Shown one piece after another: positions 57,754-64,000 of a stretch of 64,000 nt of DNA. The notes below the pieces were generated by a model that was not told the DNA's origin, ran no database searches, and worked only from the letters and a program-made list of their open reading frames with translations. Position 1 is the first letter of the stretch, and each line of letters starts with the position of its first letter. The DNA is from an uncultured Planctomycetota bacterium (GTDB lineage: Bacteria > Planctomycetota > Phycisphaerae > Phycisphaerales > SM1A02). The stretch covers positions 48,781 through 112,780 of the forward strand of contig CAVONJ010000004.1 in the NCBI GenBank assembly GCA_963697235.1. Direction: 5' to 3'. Made by a program: the position numbers and the translations under genes.

Positions 57754-59085
57754 GGCGACCCACCACGGCCACGCGCCGCCTCGATCCGAGCCGCCGCCGC
57801 GGGCAGATCCGGATCGTTCGGATCCAGGAGCTTCGCCTGCTCGAACGCCGCCGCCGCGCCTTCCGCATCACCCGCTTCCGCCCGCGCGATCGCCAGCCAC
57901 ACGTAGGCGCTCGGCAGCGGCGGCTGCGAGGCGATGAAGGTCTCGAGCACACTCACCGCCTGCGCCGGTTCATCGCCTCCGAGCAGCACGCCGCACGTGC
58001 TGCAGCGCTGCTTCCGGACTCGCCGGCCGCAGCCGGCACGCCTGTGCGGCGTAGACGGCCGCTTCCTTCCACTGCTCTGATCGCTCGAGCGCATGGGCGA
58101 GGTTCAGCGCAGCGGAGAAGTCCTGCGGATCCTGCTTGGCCACTTCCTTCATGGCCTCGATCGCCGCGGGCAGATCGCCCCTCGCGAAGTACGCCATCCC
58201 CAGCATCTTCAAGAGCGTGGGATCGTCGCCTCGGAACTCGCGCAGGGCCTCGAGTTCGATCAGGGCGTCCCCGACTCGGTCGGCGCGGATGAGCCGGTTG
58301 GCCTTGTGGATGATCCACTCCGATTCTCGTCGGTAGCGGTCATACAGCTCGTCGCTCCACGGATCGGGCCAGCTCAGACTGTGGGCCGGCTCAGCCGCAA
58401 GCAGCGGCTCGGCGTCTTCCATCCGTCCGAGCCGCTGGTACGCGGTGCCGAGAAGATGGCGTGCGTACTCCGCGTTGGACATGGCCGGATTCTCCTCGAG
58501 CATCCGGCTCAGGATCTCCGCGGCGTCCTCGACCCGATCCTGCTGCAAAGCCACGCGGGCGAGGCCCACGTACGAGGTGGGATCGCGGGGCTGGAGCTCC
58601 GCCGCCTTCGCGAAAGCCGCCTGCGCCTTCTCGAGCTGCCCTTGTTCGAGCAGCCAGAACCCGCGCCGCCAGTGCAGGAACCACGCGGCCGGATCTTCCT
58701 TGGAGGCGGTGTCGACGGCGTCGATGGCGCCGTCGACGTTCCCGAGCTCCGAGCGCACGCGGGCGAGGTAGAAGAAGAGGCGGGGGTCGGATTCACCCAG
58801 CTGCTGTGCCCGCACGTACGCCGGCTCGGCGAGGTCGATGAGGTCGTTCGCGTGGTAGACCATCGCGAGCTCCCACCACGCGACCGCGTTCTTCGGCTGC
58901 GCCCGCACGATGGCCAGCGCCTGCTCGATGGTCGCCTTCACCTGCGGCTCGATCCCCTCCCACGATTCGGGCACCGGCGGAGCGGTGGGGGCGGATGGCG
59001 ACGCGGACCGTTGGCACGCAGCGAGGGAGATGGCGACCGCAGCACGCGCAGGTCGCCACGGCGATCAAGGAGGCGAGTCGTCTCA
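57750..59085 (-). CDS. TPR-repeat protein with N-terminal signal peptide, frameshifts near 58030 and 59000
   Basis: MRRLASLIAVATCAC..., then consecutive TPR-like helices (...AVAWWELAMVYHANDLIDLAEPAYVRAQQL...). Stop overlaps the start of the downstream CRTAC1 gene. Confidence 0.55.
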
Positions 59086-59230
59086 TTGCCCGGATGATAC
59101 GCCAGAGCTGGATGCGTCCCCGGAGCCATCGGTGCAGCCCGCGGGAGGCAATCCAGGGACCGCCGCCTCCAATCGCAATTTCGCCCGACCCTTTCGCCTG
59201 CACGGCCGACAAGGACGCTACCGTTCAGTG

Positions 59231-61633
59231 ATGAATCAGAAGGCAGCCTCGGTGGCGATTCTGGTGGTCCTCGGCGTCATCGGCGCATCGGTCGGCTGGT
59301 GGTGGGGGAGCGGCCGCACCGCGAAGGATGCGGGCACGGGGCGACTCGTCGCTTCCGGCCGGAGGTGCGGTGCCGCTCGCGAAGGTGCCGACGACGCCCG
59401 GAGCGTCAACCGCCGCAGCGCCGTCGGCCGGCACGCGCAGCGATGCCATCGGGCACATTCCTCGCAGCCGGCGGCAGCCAGTGGATCCCCCAGCGCCCGG
59501 AGTTCCTCGCCATCGCCCGCCAGCTCCGCGAGGGATGGAATCCGTACCTCGGCGCCGCCCCGCTCGCGGCCATCCGCAACGAGATCCGGTCGACCGCGGC
59601 GCAGCGGCCCTTGAAGGAGCGACTGGAGCTGCAGCTCGCACTCGCGTTCAAGCTGCTGGAGCAAGGCGATCCGGACGGCGCCCTCGAGGCGATCTCGCAC
59701 GCGTTCGCGCTCGCCGAGGCCATCCCCGGGGCGCTCGATCAGCACGCCTATCTCTACCGGGCGAGGGCGCTCGATCAATCTGCGCCGCGCCGAGCTGGCC
59801 AACTGCATCGCCCGCCACAACAAGGACTGCTGCATCTTCCCCCTGGCCGGAGGCGGCGTGCACCAGGAGCGGGCGCCCGCGGAGCTGGCGCGGCAGGACT
59901 ATGAGAAGTACTTGCAGCTCTATCCCCACGACCTGGCGGTGCGCTGGCTGCTCAACCTCGCGTGCATGGCTCTGAACCAGTACCCGGATGGCGTGCCCCC
60001 GGAGCAGCTGATCCCGCCGTCGGCCTTCGCGTCGGAGCACGAGATCGCGCGGTTCGTGGACGTGGCCCCGAAGCTCGGGCTCGACACCTTCGATCAGTGC
60101 GGGGGAGCGATCGTCGAGGATTTCACCGGCGACGGTCTGCTCGACGTCGTGAGCTCGACGTTCGATCCCGAGGGGCCGCTGCACTTCTTCGTGAACCAGG
60201 GCGACGGTACGTTCCAGGATCGATCGGCCGCCTCGCGACTCGACGATCAGCTCGGCGGCCTCAACTGCATCGCGGCGGACTACGACGACGACGGCGACGC
60301 CGACATCCTCGTGCTGCGCGGCGCCTGGCTCTTCGACGATGGGCGGATCCGCAACTCGCTGCTCCGCAACGACGACAACGGAGTCTTCACCGACGTGACC
60401 CGCGAGGCGGGGCTGGCCGAGCCCGCGGCCCCGACGCAGGCGGCGGTCTGGGGCGACTTCGACCTCGACGGCGATCTCGACCTCTATATCGGCAACGAGG
60501 CGCGGCCCGGCGATCCCGCGGGCGGCCACTATCCCTCGCAGCTCTTCCGCAACCGGGGCGACGGCACGTTCTCGGACGTCGCCGCAGCGGCGGGCGTCAC
60601 GAACGATCAGTTCGGCAAGGGCGTGACGGCGGGGGACTACGACAACGACGGCGACCTCGATCTCTACGTCTCGAACCATGGGCCCGAACCGGCTCTACCG
60701 CAACGAGGGCAACGGCACCTTCACCGACGTGGCCGAGTCCGCGGGCGTCCTCGAGCCGACGCGGCAGCTTCGCGACGTGGTTCTTCGACTACGACAACGA
60801 CGGCTGGCTCGACCTCTTCGTCGCCGCGTACGACGCGCCGATCGCCGACGGTGGCCGCGGATCACCTGGGCCAGCCGTACACCGCGCGGCACCCCGCGCC
60901 TCTACCGCAACCGCGGCGACGGCACGTTCGAGGACGTGACCGAGCGGCGTCGGTCTCGATCACGCGTACCTGCCGATGGGCGCCAACTTCGGCGACATCG
61001 ACAACGACGGCTGGCTCGACATCTACCTCGCCACCGGCGACCCGAACTACGAGTCGCTGATGCCCAACGTCATGCTGCGCAACGACGCGGCGGAAGGCAT
61101 TCCAGGACGTGACCACCGCCGCCGGCCTCGGCCATCTGCAGAAGGGCCACGGCGTCGCGTTCGCGGACATCGACAACGACGGCGACCAGGACTGTACCAC
61201 CAGCTGGGCGGCTTCTATCCCGGCGACAAGTTCAAGAACGCGCTGTTCCTGAATCCCGGACAGGGGAGCGGTGGCAGCGCGAGCGACGGCAAGAGCGCAC
61301 GCGAGAGCCGAAACCACTTCGTGACCATCACGCTGCACGGCACACGAACCAACGCTGCCGGCTACGGCGCGCGGATCACGGTCACGGTGACGACCCCGGA
61401 CGGCCCGCGGCGCGATCCACCGCGCGGTGGGTTCGGTCAGCAGCTTCGGCGGCTCCCCGTCCCGCCAGGAAATCGGCCTGGGCGACGCGATCGCTATCGA
61501 CGAGATCCGCATCGACTGGCCGGTCTCCGGCACGAGCCAGCGGCTCGAGGACGTCCCCCTCGACACGTTCATCGAGGTGACGGAGGGCGAGGCGGGGTTC
61601 CGCCAAGTCCCGAGATCGGCAATCGATCTGTAG
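59231..61633 (+). CDS. CRTAC1-family protein, second paralog (N-terminal helical region, FG-GAP repeats, ASPIC/UnbV), at least 6 frameshifts
   Basis: N-terminus MNQKAASVAILVVLGVIGASVGWWW. FG-GAP repeats (GAIVEDFTGDGLLDVV; CIAADYDDDGDADIL; WGDFDLDGDLDLYIGNEA; TAGDYDNDGDLDLYVSNHG). C-terminal UnbV (GYGARITVTVT...GSVSSFGGSPS...LGDAIAIDEIRIDWPVSG). Confidence 0.7.
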
Positions 61634-61930
61634 GGTGCGTGCAACGCACCGTCTCCCCGGACCGTGGGCGTCTCAGCGCGCCGTCGGCCCCCATGAAGGC
61701 GAGCCGGCGCGATCGCAGGGCGGCGTGTCCGAGGCCCAGGTATCCCCAAGAAAGGATCGGTTCCTAGCGATATTGACTAAGAAACGATTGCTTCTTGGCG
61801 TGGAACGAGTCGCTCGGCGTGCTTCGCGAGACGACGGGCAAGCAACGCGATCGCGTGTATGCGTACGACGAGTACATGCAGATCCTGATTGGCGACGAAG
61901 TGTGATGGTAGGGTGCGTGCAACGCACCGT
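61630..61930. repeat. Two direct copies of a 23-bp near-palindrome (gtagggtgcgtgcaacgcaccgt) at 61630-61652 and 61908-61930
   Basis: Each copy forms a 7-bp stem ggtgcgt / acgcacc with a gca loop. Copy 1 begins inside the TAG stop of the CRTAC1 gene. Copy 2 begins 2 nt after the TGA of a small ORF. They bracket an AT-richer 255-bp segment. Confidence 0.6.
61819..61905 (+). CDS. Speculative small ORF (28 aa, VLRETTGKQRDRVYAYDEYMQILIGDEV) between the two palindromic repeats
   Basis: GTG start; a TTG start at ~61795 would give 36 aa. Stop immediately precedes hairpin copy 2. TTGACT hexamer at 61771-61776 upstream. No family, weak RBS. Confidence 0.15.
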   Translation: MLRETTGKQRDRVYAYDEYMQILIGDEV

Positions 61931-62069
61931 GAACCGTGCGTCCATTCCTCGCGGTGCACGTCGTGCACCCCAGATCGGCCCCCCTCCGTCCGATCGCCGC
62001 AAGAACTGAATCCGACAGCAATGCCCGTCGTATAGTCAGCCATCGAGGGCCATCAGAGAGGATTCTCAC

Positions 62070-63014
62070 ATGACAAGCCGGCGACGAACCCCACTCACGA
62101 CGCACATCCTCTTCCCACTCCTGCTCCTCCTTCCCCTCACCGTCCCGGCTGCGGGAGAGATTCTCGAGGAGGATTTCAACGGTCCCATCCTCGATCTCGG
62201 ACTCTGGTCGGTCTTCGACCAGCCCGGCAACGGCGCCAACATCAACCAGACCAATGGTCGCCTCGAATTCAGCACGATCAACGACCCCTTCGCCGGCGGC
62301 GGCCAGGCTGGGATCTACGGCAACAGCTGGGCGATCTCGACGGCCGGCGACTTTCAGATTCTGCTCGACTACAACCTCACCATCGGCAACCCGGGCGCGA
62401 CCACGACCGGCCTGCAGATCTCCCTCTTCTCAGGCAACCCGAATCCCCTGCTCGCCGACGACTGGATCGACATCTTCATCTACAGATGGGGCACGCTCTT
62501 CTGGGTCGACTGGAGCCTGACCGCGGGGGGCGATGTGGTCCAGCACGGCTTCACGCAGACCGACGCCAACGTTGGCACGCTGCAGATCTACTACAGCGCC
62601 GCGGGCGACTGGTTGACGATCCAGTCCATCGGAAGCGCCGGTGGGGGAGACGATCCGATCAACGCCTCCCTGGTCAACGTCACGGCATGGACCGATGCCA
62701 ACTGCTTCCAGCTCTACCTTGGCGGCTTCCAGAACGGCGTGTCCAGCACGCCAGTGAACGGGGACGACGCCTGGTACGACGATCTCCTCGTAAGCGGTCT
62801 CATCGTCGACCTCGACGCGTGCACGCCGGCGACGAACGACTGCCCATCCGACACGAACGATGACGGCATGACGGACATCACCGACGTCATCGCCGTCGTC
62901 CTCGACTGGGGCACCGACGGATCAGCGAACAACGGCGACATCGACGGCAGCGGTTTCGTCGACGTCGGCGACCTGGTGGCCTTGATCGACGGCTGGGGGG
63001 CGTGTCCGGAGTGA
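62070..63014 (+). CDS. Secreted protein with a concanavalin-like/lectin-like middle region and a C-terminal dockerin-like double repeat
   Basis: RBS GAGAGGA then ATG. Signal peptide MTSRRRTPLTTHILFPLLLLLPLTVPAAG. C-terminus DTNDDGMTDITDVIAVVLDWGTDGSANNGDIDGSGFVDVGDLVALIDGWGACPE. Confidence 0.6.
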   Translation: MTSRRRTPLTTHILFPLLLLLPLTVPAAGEILEEDFNGPILDLGLWSVFDQPGNGANINQTNGRLEFSTINDPFAGGGQAGIYGNSWAISTAGDFQILLDYNLTIGNPGATTTGLQISLFSGNPNPLLADDWIDIFIYRWGTLFWVDWSLTAGGDVVQHGFTQTDANVGTLQIYYSAAGDWLTIQSIGSAGGGDDPINASLVNVTAWTDANCFQLYLGGFQNGVSSTPVNGDDAWYDDLLVSGLIVDLDACTPATNDCPSDTNDDGMTDITDVIAVVLDWGTDGSANNGDIDGSGFVDVGDLVALIDGWGACPE

Positions 63015-63039
63015 TCACGCCATTCGTTCCTACGGGATT

Positions 63040-64000
63040 CCCTCCAAACACGCCCTTGCTCGAGCGACACGGTTTGATCAAGCCCGCCTCGAGCATCGCG
63101 ACGGCGCCGCGGATCAGCTCAGCTCCCTCCTCGATCTCGCCGTCATGGACCAGCAGACACCCGAGCTCCGCTTGCGTATATCCAATGTCCGGGTGGCCGG
63201 GGCCCAGCGTCTCGATCATGATGCTCGAGCGCTTCCCGGTAGTCCGCAATCGCTTCCTCGATCCCGATCGATCCTGCGGAGCAGATATCCCCGTCGCTCC
63301 AGGGCCCGAGCGGTATTCATGTGATGATCCCCGTCGACGGCGCGGGAGATTTCGACCGCCTCGTCGACCTGTCGGATCGCCAGCTCGACGCGCTCCAACG
63401 CGAAGTTCGACTCCGCCATGATGACAAGACAGTCGACGCAACGTGGGTGGGCTCTGCCCAGACGCGAGTCATAGAGACTGATCGCCTCCACGGCCAGCTG
63501 CACAGCCTGCCCGTACCTGCCCGCGTCGCCGGTTCAAATCAGCCTGCGTATGGAGGCAATCCGCCGTCTGCAAGCTCGCCGGACCAAACGCTGCGCCGCA
63601 CCTTCCCCAAGCTCTAGTTGAGGCGGTCTTTCGCGTCCTCGTACTCACCCTTGTGGGCCAGGAGCTGCCCGAGTCGAAACTGGGCCATTCCGACCACCGC
63701 ATCCCACGGCCGCCACATCGCCTCGCCACGGCGAAACGCCTCCCGGAGCGTCGCTTCCGCGGCGAGGTAGTCACCGCTCGCTCCCTGAAGGACGCCAAGG
63801 TCGATCATCGCGAATACCGCATCCGCCTCCTGGTCACCGGGAAGCGCGCCCGCAAGCTCGATCGCCTCGATGAAGACCGGTTGCGCTTCCACCAACCGCC
63901 CCTGTGACTGAAGCGTCAAACCAAGAACCGCGCAAGCCGTGAACGAGACGTTCCGTCAACGACTCCCAACGACCGGATCCCGGACTGGCGTCCTTCCGGC
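63040..64000 (-). CDS. TPR-repeat (TPR_12-like) protein, fragments in at least 3 frames, extends beyond the window end
   Basis: ...FRLGQLLAHKGEYEDAKDRLN; ...AISLYDSRLGRAHPRCVDCLVIMAESNFALER...; ...GHPDIGYTQAELGCLLVHDGEIEEGAEL.... 3' end unresolved. Confidence 0.4.

Noticed and set aside
59236-59835. 199-aa minus ORF and other overlapping ORFs across the CRTAC1-b 5' region
   Set aside because: Antisense or out-of-frame to a plus-strand gene whose N-terminal TM and TPR-like helices read continuously; no motifs.

Overview
High-GC (roughly 68-70%) bacterial chromosomal segment. Gene content (DUF1573, CRTAC1/ASPIC-UnbV, PEP-CTERM, dockerin-like secreted protein, AsmA/YhdP-like giant protein) is reminiscent of Planctomycetota/Gemmatimonadota-like lineages, but no lineage can be assigned from sequence alone. 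About 45 protein genes are recognisable, mostly housekeeping and envelope functions: gltX, glnS, trpE, aroA, guaB, accB-accC, apt, ruvC, pssA, two ABC systems, an RND efflux pair, and a dispersed tyrosine-catabolic set (hppD, hmgA, fah). Most interesting are (i) a co-oriented pilT / membrane-anchored Walker-A-degenerate GspE-PilB-like / CvpA-like cluster with no pilin or platform genes, (ii) three families of structured extragenic repeats including a two-copy ~165-bp MITE with 21-bp terminal inverted repeats, and (iii) a small Cys/Trp-rich basic protein with a histone-H1-like K/R/T tail. Caveat: nearly every gene longer than ~600 bp is broken by one or more frameshifts, often at G/C homopolymers. 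This pattern looks like uncorrected indel errors rather than biology. All coordinates are approximate and products are inferred by reading across frames. No rRNA, tRNA, CRISPR or integrase/transposase gene was found.
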